From Nemertoderma westbladi (Eukaryota; Animalia; Xenacoelomorpha), in NCBI GenBank assembly GCA_032718475.1, contig JAUCBJ010002996.1:2771-66770 (forward strand): a stretch of DNA of 64,000 nucleotides, read 5' to 3'. Shown here in pieces: positions 1 through 13,500 of the stretch. Numbering within the stretch: position 1 is the stretch's first letter; every line of letters starts with the position of its first letter. Below the pieces are notes generated by a model. That model worked only from the letters and a program-made list of their open reading frames with translations. It ran no database searches and was not told the DNA's origin. The translations under genes and the position numbers were made by a program.

Positions 1-2512
1 TTTAGGGTTACTTTGTTACTTTACTTACGTTATTACCGTTATTTGAGCAGTAGTCCAACTGATATTGAGACCTAATTGTTGTATGGCAGGCCTACTATTT
101 ATAAATCGTTTGAGTTGATTTATAATATATATATACCCGTTTTAATGGGTTTTGTCAATGTTTGAAATAAATGTTATTATTTCTGGGGGGTAATCACTAC
201 ACAAAGCGGTGCGCTTTCAATGAAGTGTTACGTATAGGACACTAAAACAAATAATTCTAATTTACCTAAGTTACTTAATACTACAAATTACTTACAATTT
301 GGGTGAGATTACAATCTCTAAATAAACACAAAAATTTACAAAAAACACAAAATACGAATTTTTAGGGTAATTTTACAAGAAGTCTACAAACCAGCCTAAC
401 AAAGGGTTAGATAACCGGTTATTACAACGGACAGGGTACTACGGTATTTGAAATAATAAGTAGTAGTAAATACACTGCGTTGTCTAGATAGGAAAATACC
501 ACCGCCTGACGACCTATAGCCGTATCGCTATAGGTTCTACGTTATGTATCACGGAGTGTTCCTACCTAGAAGTTAATAGAGCTAATCGAATGTGCCTATC
601 AACCACTTTACAACACAGATATAATGTCTACACTAATTACTTCGGAAAGTACTGTACACTAAACCCTAAATTAGGTACGAGTACTTGTATATCAGATAAT
701 CAGTAGTTAAATATACTTGAACAGCTAAAAGAACCACGGCATCTGCTGGAGTGACCGATGCACAAAATCACCAGTCTTTACCTACGCCGAGCAGCCCGTG
801 TAGTACCGGGGTTAATTTAACTATAGCGGTATGTATAACAAACACAATTACTGTAGGAACAAACTTGGGGAATGAATGTTGCGGATAATCGCATAAACTC
901 TGAATAATAAATATTACGCTACGCGTACAAACTACTCAAACAAAATACAGACCGAACACTGACAGACTACTATCAAGCCTAAACGAACTACGGTATATGC
1001 AGACTCCGAAATGATTAGGGAGTATGCGCTCTAACCCAGTAGTGCGACTTATTCTTTAGTTGGGGGTTTACCTTACAGCGTTCGCTGCCCCTACTGCCTA
1101 ACCGTACTTAATCGGACAGATGATCTACACACGCGGCAATCCGTTCAGACCTAATAACAGCCAGACAACTATCCAGCCTACAAATTATCTAAATAAAATT
1201 ATACGCTACCCGTACAGACTTACACAAACAAAGTACAGACCAAACGATGGCAGACTACTCTCAAGCCTAAATAAACTACAGGACATGCAGACTCCGAAAT
1301 GATTAGGGAGTATGCGCTCTAACCCAGTAGTGCGACTTATTCTTTAGTTGGGGGTTTACCTTACAGCGTTCGCTGCCCCTACTTCCTAACCGTACTTAAT
1401 CGGACAGGTGATCTACACACACTGCAATCCGTTCAGACTTAACAGCAATCAGACAACAGCTCAGCCTACAAATTGTCTGTACAATCTGATCAGGTTTACA
1501 CGCCTTCTGTTCAATACTGGCCTACAAACAAATAAAACTGACAGAAATAGGCCTAAGTAAAATCCCAATAAAAACCAGGCGTCCCCGATTAATTATTAAG
1601 ACCTACTGGTATATAATAATCAAAATCGAATAATACTGCTGTACCTGTACTGCTGTAGGTACCGGTCCGGGTGGTTAGGTAGTCAGGCCTACTGGGTACC
1701 GGTTCTGGCAGTTGGGCCTACTGACCTACAGATGTACCGGTTGACCGGTACTTTCAACTTTATTGCTTACTGCAATAAAGAAGCTATATCCGTTATTGTT
1801 CGCGCTTTCAGACCTTTGGCAGTTTAACCCGCCAAATTAGGATGTCTTCTAGATAATAAATCGCTTTTAGCCTCTGACAAGTATTTTATTCACTACACTA
1901 GTCGAAACCAATCTGTGCGCGATCATTCACCCGCTGGATATACCCGGGAGATTGGGTTCGACGGCTTAATCGTATTGCTATGTAAGCCTACTGTATTATT
2001 CGACTGATCGTATTATATAATCTCTGACAATATTATTCACCTTCGGGAATATTAACAGTTCCTTTAGGACGTGGCGCTCTATCTATATAAACAGAGTTAT
2101 GACTTAAACTACTCACAACGATATGGCTTAGTTATAATTCACATATATGGCGCATTCTTTAGGAAATGCTTCGTTATCAGTCTCACTCATACACAATGCT
2201 GCACAATACTACACACTAATCTGCCGATCTTCACTGATTTTAGTCACATATAAAAGGAACACGGACCGAATCATGTAGGGTCTATCAAATAACATTAGAT
2301 TCACTTCAAACCACTTTAACATAAGTCACAATCGTTATATGTAACCTTTCTCTCTTACCTTCGGTATATCAAGAATATTGGGTTTCGGGGTTATTTATCG
2401 TTATTCCAAATATAATAATTCATCAACCATATTATGAAGAACTGACAGTAAATAGCAGTATAACAATATAAAAGTATGCACAGGTATGTTTGATTAGGTA
2501 TGTTGAGTTGCA
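1..2512 (-). mobile_element. Partial BEL/Pao LTR retrotransposon copy (5' UTR plus truncated LTR from 1797), running off the window start
   Basis: 1-1796 is colinear with 14552-16390. 1797-2480 matches the first ~690 bp of the LTRs at 6145 and 16391, with weak similarity continuing to ~2512. Confidence 0.9.
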
Positions 2513-3139
2513 TGAGTTTTTAACACTTTGCAAATACACCGAAGAATTTTATGGACATGGGGCAGATAGGGGGGACTTACGCAATAAAAATCCATCCCTC
2601 TCCTCCAGGGGAAATTCGACGCAAAATGTTTGCTCTGAACTGCCACAGGAAGTTATTCCCCTTTTGGGGAATAATAAGAACTGTTTATCTTTAGATAGGG
2701 ACCTGTTATATGAAACTGGTTGTTCTGTTGTCTGGAATATTCAGTAAGAAACGCACAAAAATGAATTTATATTGTCCTCCAAAAAGCGGCTTGAAGACAA
2801 ATACGTAAAGGGATGATGGGCCAGTATAACAGCCGATAATGCGTTAAGAAGATTTTTGATTGTGGGAAATAACTTGAAATGTTTGAAAAACAAACACTTC
2901 AATTTTGAGAAAAGCTATATCGCAATTTCGGTGTTTTAACCTCCTTATCGAGTAGGCCTATCTATGGAAGTAAGGTGACACAAAATCCCACAGGAAAATC
3001 GCGTATGGAATTATTGTTACTGTAATTAATTATATTTATAATAATTTTGATTATTTATAATTATGATTAGGGATCTTTCCTGCAAATAACTAGCAACTTA
3101 TAATTATTTTACTATAGTTCCTATTATTTATTACAAACT

Positions 3140-3972
3140 AGGACAGCCACAAAGGGTGAAGATCTGGGATTCACACTAAATGAACGCAGAAGTAGTAGAT
3201 ATCCGGCAACTACAGTCACAGACACCGACTTTGCGGATGACATCGCCCTGCTCTCTAATACGCTAGCAGATGCACAGCTTCTACTAAATAAGGTGGAGAG
3301 GGCTGCTAAGGAGGTTGGATTGCATATAAATGCTACAAAGACCGAATTCATGACCTTTAATGATGATGGAATCTTGACAACCATTGATAATGGAAGGTCG
3401 ATGACTTCCAGTACCTTGGATCATGGATAGAGAGTAGCAAAAAGGACATAGAAGATAGGAAAGCAAAGGCTTGGATAGCTCTATCAAAAATGGATACCAT
3501 CTGGAAATCAGATCTCTCCAGGCACCTGAAGACTAAGTTCTTTCGAGACACAGTGGAAGGTGTATTTTTATACGGGGGTGAGACCTGGACACTGACGAAA
3601 TCACGTGAACACTGAATTGATGGTTGCTACACAAGACTACTAAGGGCAGCTCTAAACATCAGCTGGAGACAACACATGACAAACGCCGAGCTTTATGGTA
3701 CAATTCCACCTGTATCAACCACCATCCGTGAACGCAGATTAAGATTCAGTGGGCACTGCTGGCGAAGTAAAGACGAGGTCATACCAGATCTACTTCTCTG
3801 GCAACCAACTCATGGAAAGCGTAGTCGTGGACGACCGGCCATAACATATATAGATCAACTTGCAAGGGATACTGAACTTGGGAGAAACGAAATTGCGACA
3901 ACTATGGAGAATCGGGAAGCCTGGAAGGATCTCATTTCCACTGTCCGAGTTCGCTCGACCTAGTAGTAGTAG
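3140..3972 (+). mobile_element. 5'-truncated, decayed non-LTR retrotransposon (RTE-like LINE)
   Basis: RT motif DTDFADDIALLS near 3221. C-terminal RRLRFSGHCWR ORF at 3676-3963, (TAG)n tail, and 11-bp TSD TATTACAAACT at 3129-3139 and 3973-3983. Confidence 0.9.
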
Positions 3973-4707
3973 TATTACAAACTTAGATATTTACTTAAGT
4001 CAAAACTTGCATGCCAAATTTTAATGTTTGCACTGGATTTTGACATTTACCCCGCATGGGCTTTATATTAAACAATCATTAAGTGAAATGTTATAAAAAA
4101 ATAGAAAAAGTTAACCAAAAATATATGATTTTACAAAAAACGGAGGTATTTTATATAAACATTCAACACACCGAATTAAATTAAATTAAATTAAATCATG
4201 TGATGCACCTTTCAATTCATATAATCAACATTCCCGAGTCAGATAATATAGTTAGTTAGTCTACTACGGGGCGATTCTGGCGAAACTACGAGCCACCAGC
4301 GAGTAGTTATAATTTTTATATTTTTATATAACTTGTATAATTTGTTCTCTGAGTTGTCTTGCAGTTCTGTTGCTCCCACGAAGCCCCCCCCCCCCCCCCC
4401 CCCCCCCCCACTCGTGGTGTATTCAATCCACTATTCATACCGAGGTGTGAAGATTATGAATCTATACTGAATGTTAATGACAAACACAAACCAATCAGTA
4501 TCTACTACACTGCGACTGATTATAGAAATTGCAATAATTATCACACATCACACAACCTGGAAAACTGGAAAATACATAATCAAACAATGGCCTACTTAAT
4601 ATTCATGCAGCAAACCATGCCTGTATGGAGAGCTTAGTACCATTTAGTAATAGTAGTAATAATAATATAACTAACAGTTTTGAATACCGTATTACAGTAG
4701 GCCTATG

Positions 4708-4797
4708 CAGTAGGGTGGAGTGAAAAAAAAAAATTTCTTTATTTTTAAGGGAAGCACTATTTCTTTTTTCAAAATTTTTTTTTCACTCCACCCTACT
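4708..4797. repeat. Short inverted repeat / MITE-like hairpin
   Basis: TAGGGTGGAGTGAAAAAAA ... TTTTTTTCACTCCACCCTA. Confidence 0.6.
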
Positions 4798-6144
4798 ATG
4801 CAAGCAATCCTCAATATAGAAAAAATTTTAGGAAAATATAACCGAGGAATATGAATAAAGATTGGACAATTTCCTACAAATATATTAATGTAAGTGAAAC
4901 ATAGACAAATCAAACCAGATGGTGTAGCCTACTGTACAACTGGAGGTGTAACTCTGCATATGCTTTTTTACAATAGGAGATTTGATTCACGGGAAAGCTA
5001 GACACGTCATCGCTTCATTAATAATATATGCAGAAAAAAATATATTCCAATTGATAATTTTGTTGTTCACGCTTTTCCTTTTAAATTACATATATTATTT
5101 AATGCAGATGTTATTGCCAAGAAACGGGAACAAAGTTATTCACTTCCGACAGCTCAATTGCAACATGCAAATTAATGGCGCTTCAAGTTGCGAATGTCCG
5201 TACGTAGGCAGGAGTGAGCTGCAGTTGTCTTGGATGGTGCCACCAACCCTATTAGCGGACCAACAGGACGCCAATCAATAAACCTTTGACTAAATGCCAT
5301 CTAGGGAGCCCGGTTTTAAATCAATTTGCATTTTGCAACAATAGTTAGGGATAATTACAGAGACAATAACGTATTGACTCCCACCCCCTAATTTGCAAAT
5401 ATTCCGTTTCCGCAATTTGTTTGAATGACTACGTAGGTATATACAGTATAAGCAGGACCACACACATGTCATACTTTTTTGGTTGTATATGTTGAATTAC
5501 AAAATCAATCATGTAGCCATCAATCACGTTTCCATCAGTATTTAGATTTAGAAGTGGTTGGTAATTTTCCTTCAAACACTCTAATGCAATAAATATCATA
5601 GCCACTAGTCGTTATATCAATCGATGCGCTGTTGCGTGTCGCATCTGCATATTATTCAAAATAAAAGTTCAAGAAATATATAAAACGAAATAATTTTTTA
5701 ACAACACCAAAATAAGTAATCGACAATTATTTCGATTTTTTTTAATTATATCATCTTGCCGACCCCTTTACCTTTCATGTTTATGCAAAAAATATTTTCC
5801 AAAAAACTGAAAAGTGGCGAAATGTTGTGCTATAAAAAATCAGTTAATTGGGGGCATTTTATAAATAATTCCATTTGAACTCTTTTTTCACAACTTAACC
5901 GTTTGCACACGCGTTCGATAACTACATAACTGACATCAATCGTTCCGTATATAACTTGTAGGCCACCACTACTGCTATATGGGGAAGAAGCTCATTTCGG
6001 CTGATAAATCCATTATTAGGTAAAGCTGGTCAGATATGTGTGGAGTTTCTAATATAACTCGTTTGATATTGTATAAAGAAAATAAACGACTCTTTATCAT
6101 CACAGGCAATATATTCTAGAACTTCTGCGGGTACTTATCCTATT

Positions 6145-7391
6145 TGTTCGCGCTTTCAGACCTTTGGCAGTTTAACCCGCCAAATTAGGATGTCTTCTAG
6201 ATAATAAATCGCTTTTAGCCTCTGACAAGTATTTGATTCACTACACTAGTCGAAACCAATCTGTGCGCGATCATTCACCCGCTGGATATACCCGGGAGAT
6301 TGGGTTCGACGGCTTAATCGTATTGCTATGTAAGCCTACTGTATTATTCGACTGATCGTGTTATATAATCTCTGACAATATTATTCACCTTCGGGGAATA
6401 TTAGCAGTTCCTTTAGGACGTGGCGCTCTATCTATATAAACAGAGTTATGACTTAAACTACTCACAACGATATGGCTTAGTTATAATTCACATATATGGC
6501 GCATTCTTTAGGAAATGCTTCGTTATCAGTCTCACTCATACACAATGCTGCACAATACTGCACACTAATCTGCCGATCTTCACTGATTTTAGTCACATAT
6601 AAAAGGAACACAGACCGACTCATGTAGGGTCTATCAAATAACATTAGATTCACTTCAAACCACTTTAACATAAGTCGCAATCGTTATATGTAACCTGTCT
6701 CTCTTACCTTCGGTATATCAAGAATATTGGGGTTTCGGGGTTATTTCTCGTTATTCCAATATAATATTTCATCAACCATATAATGAATAACCTACAGTAA
6801 ATAGCAGTATAACGTTATAAAAGTATGCACGACAAGACCAGCCAAGCATTGAGTAAGTTGTTAACCATTGAGTTACCCAGTTGAGTTAGGTTAGTAGGTA
6901 AGTATTGAGTTGCACAGATAACGGATATATGTCCTTATAATTAAGCCTACTAGTGTTAGGCTAAAAGCAGAACAGCACAAAATATTCCAAAGCCGTTCTT
7001 CCTGGCTCAGGACAGAATGATAACACTGCCCATAATGCATTGCGTGATTTCTCGGAAATTTCTGTACAAGAGCAGTAAAAACGCTCTGATTGGTTGACTG
7101 AACTAAGAGACACCGTAGAACAAAGAAAATCGACACGTATGAATATCAGCTGTTAACCGTCGTCATAGTAACTACTGTTCAAGAGTATCTAGCCCCTTTT
7201 GCGTCACGGAATTGCCATAGAATCATCAACTATGCCTTCCACAGTACACATACGGAAGAAATAGCTCTTAGATCCTCTAAAAACACCGATACAGCAATAA
7301 TACGGCCTCTTACGCCTATTAAACCAACTACAGAGTATTTTACGGGAAAAATAAGGAAAAATAACCGGGCAATTCAGCAAAAGCTTTTACA
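6145..7391 (-). repeat. 3' LTR
   Basis: Starts TGTTCGCG, ends CTTTTACA; direct repeat of 16391-17637. Confidence 0.95.
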
Positions 7392-10300
7392 CCGCTCCCA
7401 GAAAATGGGATTTTCAGTCTATAAAATATAAAAATCACAGTTTCTAAAACATAAAGATACTCTAAACAGTTAGTTTTCTTTGCGCGGACGGCGTTTACGC
7501 AGTTTCCCGAGGCTAGCCAGAGTCCTTTTCTCTTTGGGGCGAGCCACTTTACTAGGAAGGCTATAACTCCTGGGTAAAGGGTGCAATACAATTGCATTAG
7601 AAGGTTTGGGTTTACGGTCGGTGTCTCGTCCATTTCGATATGCTTCTCCTCGAGCTGATTTTCCTCCGCTTGTCATGGGATACGTTAGTCCAAAACTCTC
7701 GCAGAGAATAGGGTTTTCTAAGCTTGATATTTGATTCGAGATTTCCCAATCGAACTGAGATAAGGCCAATTCGTTTATCGATTGGACTTACTGTTATAAC
7801 TTTCGTTTATCTGAACAAACGCAGGTTTCTTTTTTGATCTTTATAGAATAGCGTTTAACTCGTTTCGTACAACGCTCTCCTTCACCTTGATGAAGGGTTG
7901 TATCGCGTTAAACGGGGACGACCATACGGTTGGATAGTGATATTAGGTGTCCGCGTCACAATCCGGCTAGGTAAGATGGGCGGCTAGCTAGAAATCACTG
8001 TCGGAGTGTTACCGATTAATTGTTAGGGTAGCACTAGATCTTGGAACAGTGAATACAGTCCGTGAGGATCCGCGATACCATCAGAATCGAAAATCTGAGG
8101 TCTAATCAAGAACGAGGTGGTCTGACCGAGTATTCCGGAACTCCGATCAAAGGTTCACTCAAGGACTGTTTGAGCCGAGTGAGCGTAGGTGATACGTCGA
8201 ATAAGCTTCGTTCGAAACTCCAGTAAATATACCGAGTACAACTGTGTTTAGCACAACGTTTCCGTGGATGTTTATGTCTTTCCGTTTATTAGTTGGGTCT
8301 AGGGCATTTATCGTAATAATATCAAAGACGCACGTCTGGTAGGGGAAACGCGGATGATATTTATTTGTTGTTACAATGCTTCTATCAAGAATTCCAAATA
8401 TATGTTGGAGTTACCGCGTTTATTTGTTTCTTTAATGTCTTTCTTTCGAGTCGATTTCGAATAGGATTTTCGCATTCGAATTTCGGTTTATCGTTTCGAC
8501 TCCGCTGGGTAGGATATGTTCGACATAGTCCGTATCGTGTAAATCGATAGAATGGCCAATGGTTAAGAAGTCCATATACATACCATTACGATGCGTGTAG
8601 CGAGTGGTGAATTTTCCATAGTCCAATTCACGCGTAAGTTGCTTCCAGGAAATCGTCGGTTCGATATAACGACCATCATCCTCCGTAGTAGTTGGACTAG
8701 TATCACCGCGTATCAAGCTATCAACAAACGCTTGAAAGTAGAGTATATAGCTCCCTGATACCAAGACCATCTTCTATCAACTCCGTCATATCTGCTATAT
8801 ATGAGTTTATTAATATTATAATGAGTTTATATTTAGGCTAGCGAGCGTCGCTGCCTACCCCAATCAGCCCCCGGACAGTGCGAGATCCTCAGCGCCGATG
8901 TGTCGTCACCGCTGTACTTTCGCCAATGACGTAGCCGCACAACGACAACGACAACCGGCACAAGTCACTCGACTGTCCGTCCCAAAGGCTTAGATACACC
9001 TCAGGTTCTTACTGGAGAGTTAGGGTTACTTTCACAATTGCGACTCGCTACTGTAAACACACCTTAGTAGTAGCATTCGCCTATAAACTCACAAATACCA
9101 CACACACAATTTGTCACAAATTACACACACTCGGGTCACTTGTCCGTTAGTCAGTGCCTTCCAGAATGTCACGTTATTATCATGTATCCTTGGATACTAG
9201 CAGTGCGCTATTTATTTCCTATGCTATTCAATGGGACAAGCTGTCTATTGTTCTTTTAACTCAATTCTAATTCTAGCGTGGTTGTTGCTATGGTGACATT
9301 ATGCAAAGCTAGCGGTAGAATTAGGGTAATTCCAATGCATACAGATCTGGGATGTTATTTAATAGTAATTCTTTAATGGTCAATGTCCTGTTTTATGCAT
9401 GGCTTTATGAATTTTATCGGCTATTGACTATGTTTGGGAGACTTTTGCACACTCATACGCATAATAAGATAAATCTCCGCTCCCTTGATCTATTAATTAA
9501 TGGAATTTTGGGAATGTTATAAATTGCGTAAAAATGGCAATTTATTAAATTCATTAAAAGACATGAATTTAAATTTATTCCCTGAAATTTTATTATTTGA
9601 TAATTAAATTGACATATTTTGATTCTAGAACATGTCTGGGGACACAAGATCCTTAATTCTATGAAAATTGTCTTTTTAAGAATATCGGTAAATGCTACGA
9701 TATCTTAATTGACTAGAATTGTTGAAGGATCTGAATTTTACAGATTTTGATTTATTAGATTTGCAAATATTAAATAATTAATATTTGAGATGGGCACCGA
9801 TTTATTCCAGAACTTGTCTGGGGACGTTAACCACTGATTCTAGAATTTTGTCTTTCAAGTATATCGGTGGGTGCCGCGATATCTTAATCGACTAGAATTA
9901 CAAATGGTCAAAAGGTTTAACAGATTTATGTGCGTTTTACGCTACTGTTAGAGGGACATCACGCTACTATATGTATTATTATATACGGTATGAGAGCAAT
10001 ATCGCACGAAGCAATGTCAGTGTGAAGAGGCAAGTCGTTTCCAAGGTCTACCCAGAGCTTGGTTTAGCTGAGACACGAGGATCTGAACTTTGCATTCCTA
10101 ATACTCTGCCTACCAATAATACTTGAATATAGTAGTGGCTTTATTGTACTTTAATAAGTACGGACATTTCATCTTACTGTAGTCACGTATTTATAATATG
10201 ATACGGACAGTAAGGAAAGAGAAAAAGAATTATTTCTTGCCGTCGCTCTACATATATTATAAGTAATTACGCACGTAATTAACACTAATATATTGCACTA

Positions 10301-10513
10301 ATCTACTAAATAATCGCTAAATAACATTCTACTTAAATAAAAATTAAAGAAAACGATTATAATAAAACTACATAGTAATACATACAGAAATATAAAAATA
10401 ATAAAATAATATAAAATAATAGAGTCACACACCCACTCCATATGTTGTTACGTTATGAAGTCCCTAGATGTTTGAAGGATTAGGGAGGTGGTCGTGGGAA
10501 GAGAATCTTGCCT

Positions 10514-13500
10514 TCAACAGTTTCCGGAGAGTCCACCATTCCCTTCCGGTAAACACAAACGACCGACTGGGTGATTGAGTCGCTGCATCCCGAATACAAT
10601 TCCAGGTTTCCTCTTCGTCCTGGAATAGTGATGATAGAAACATCGCTCTAAGTACACGACGGCCTTACAAAGCCGATTCCAGGAGCTATAGTGGTCCGTC
10701 GCTCCCTGCAGGAGAGGTGAGAGTCCCTGCGAGACGTCTGATGTTCCAGAGCTCCAATCGCTCTCTCTGATCTTCATGAAGGATCCACTCGCGGTGGGGA
10801 GGTCCAGATCCACGGCGTCGTCCCTGGCAATATGTAATACCGACAGATCTATCCCGGGTTCAAATAACTCCGATCCACCCGTCCGGGTTTTAGGTTTGAC
10901 TTTCTCCGCTCCCTTGGCTTGTCTAATCTCAGCCGGAGTAAGATGGGGAGGCCATTCATCCTCCTTACTCAGGAAGTCGGGTTCACCTAGCCGGTCTGGA
11001 GTATCTGTCAGTTCTTGAGGAGTTGCTCCTCTGGAAGCGATGTCGGCTATATTCATCGTCTTGGGGCAATATCTCCATTGATCTACATTGGAGCTAATAT
11101 CGTCATTATCTGAGGAGTATGGTGTTCCCTCAGTTGGGTCGTCTCCCTCACTAGTATCATCTTCCCATTCACTCACCTGACAGACGCGATCTTGAAGCAG
11201 TCTTTCTCTGAGCGTTCTTCGGGAAGGTCCAGTAAGGTACCAACCTACTCTAGTTCTTACCGCATAGGTCTGAAGTGGTTGCGGTTGAGCAGGTCGTTTC
11301 TCCAATGTCTCCAGCGCCTCATGCGCGTTTTGACCGATTAATATTTGTACTCCAGGATAATCGGTGTCGAATCTAGGGATGTTAAGTTGTTGGGCATGAT
11401 CATCTTCGTCCCAATTATAAGGTTCCACTTGGGTGGTAGCGAAGTTCTTTATTGCCACCATTTTGACTGACCTTATACTGTGTTCTCCTAGTTTATCCTG
11501 TGGAGTGGACAACTCACCTATATAATAGTCGGCAGCCACAGCAGATTTCCAAACCTGCATGATCCCTGACATGTTTAGCTTGGTTCGGAACTTGGGTTGT
11601 CCAGCAAAGATGTCTTCGGCTAGTTCTTTATCGATGAATGTTCCTGTGCTGCCGGAGTCCAGGAGGGCGTTCACTATATAGCTCTTCTGAGGTCCGTGGA
11701 CCCGTAACTGGACTACAGGAAATTCTCGGATTCCTATATTGGAAGTTGGCGCTTTCCAAGATGGTTGTTGATCAGAAGTAGTTAAGGTAAGGTCGCTGTC
11801 TGTGTCTTTCTCATGCATGAGTGCTCGATACACTGCGGTGGTGTTTATTAGGTAACAGGATTCGTTTTGGTCGGAGAATTCGTCCGTATAGAATCCTTCC
11901 ATCTCAGAACTTTGGTCAGTGTCGTTCACATCACTGAATTGGACATGTAGTTCGGACTCACTTACCTGACTCGAGCTGTTTCGTTCGAATTCAGTGTGCA
12001 ACAAGATATGATGTTTTGCGCCGCACTTAGCACACCTTGCGTCGGAGTAACAGGTTCGCCGTTGGTGTCCTCGTCTGAGGCAATTATAACACAACCGCTT
12101 ATCCCACATGACTTCACGTCTATCCTCGAGTGATTTCCTCAGGAATTCATCACACACATTCAAACGGTGGGGCCCGTCGCACAGCACACATTTCGGCTTG
12201 ATGTTACTTACTTTAACCTTTGCTATGTGGTGCACACTTGTTCTTTCCTCGGGCTTTCTCACCTGAATTCTTTTAGGAGACGTAGGAGGGGTTTTTTGTA
12301 CCGGTTCCCTTCTGTCATTGGGTCGAGACTTGGATTTACTTACCTGATCTTTAGGCATTTTATTGACATAATAAGATCTGTCAGTGTCTTTCCCGCTGTC
12401 CTCTCCTTGAGAAGTTTGGCTTTCACCGTCGTCGGTATAACATACTGGTGTTACCCTTCTCCTAGAAACGGGTTTCTCACTTACCTTACTTTCCGCTTTC
12501 TCTCTGGACTGCTTTATGAGCTGTAATTTCACCTCGCTATCCAAGAATGACATGAGATCAGCCATGGTAGGGTCTCGTTGTTGTTGTTCCATCATATATA
12601 ACACCTTCTTGTCCCAGCGTGTACCTACTCCACCCTTGGGCAAAGTAGATGCTAAGGCTCCTACAACCATAGAATTCTGGTATTCATGAGACTTACCTAA
12701 CCAATCTAGTTGTCTACAGATCTCCTGAATCTCATCGGAAAACTCTATAATCCCGCTGCTAAGAAACTTTCGGGGCGCCATTAATTTCGCATATAAATAC
12801 CTAGCTATGTTAGTCCTATTACCATACCTGATGTTTAGTGTATCCCAAACTTGTCTTAATCCATCTGGATGTCCAATAAATTTTAACGCCATTGACTTGG
12901 GAGGTCCTTCCAAACATTCGATGAGGAATCTAAGTTTCTCTCCATTAGATAGTACAGAGTTCTGTATGTTATCTTTGTAATATTCATTAAAAGGTAACCA
13001 TTTCATCTCATCTCCATTGAACTTGACGATCTCTCCAACCTTTACCGCTTGTCGGGCTTCGGTTCTAGTCATTTGGCGTGTAAAACTTTCTTGAGCCATC
13101 GTATTATTGAATAGAGAATTATCGGTATATAAGTTTCTCGGATTATTATCAAGTCTAGATGAGATATCATTATCAACAGGTTTATAATTACCCTTAATAG
13201 GGTTTACTATAGGAGTTTCTACTTCGCTAGCAGTATAGATGCATGTAGGCTCCACACCTTGCGCATGGGATACTTCAGACCTAACGGGTTGACACATTGT
13301 TACAGGGGGTGGTGGTATACCCTTTTGTGTGCTCACTAATTTATCGCGTTCTAACGCGATACTTTGCTGCACCTTTTGCAACTCTAACCTACTTTCCCTT
13401 ACTGTTCCCTTGAGCTGCTGGACAGTCTCTTCCATTTCCCGGACCTGCTGAGAGGAGCACAAACAGTGTTCCCTCAGCTGCTCGAGCAGGAGACCCATCT

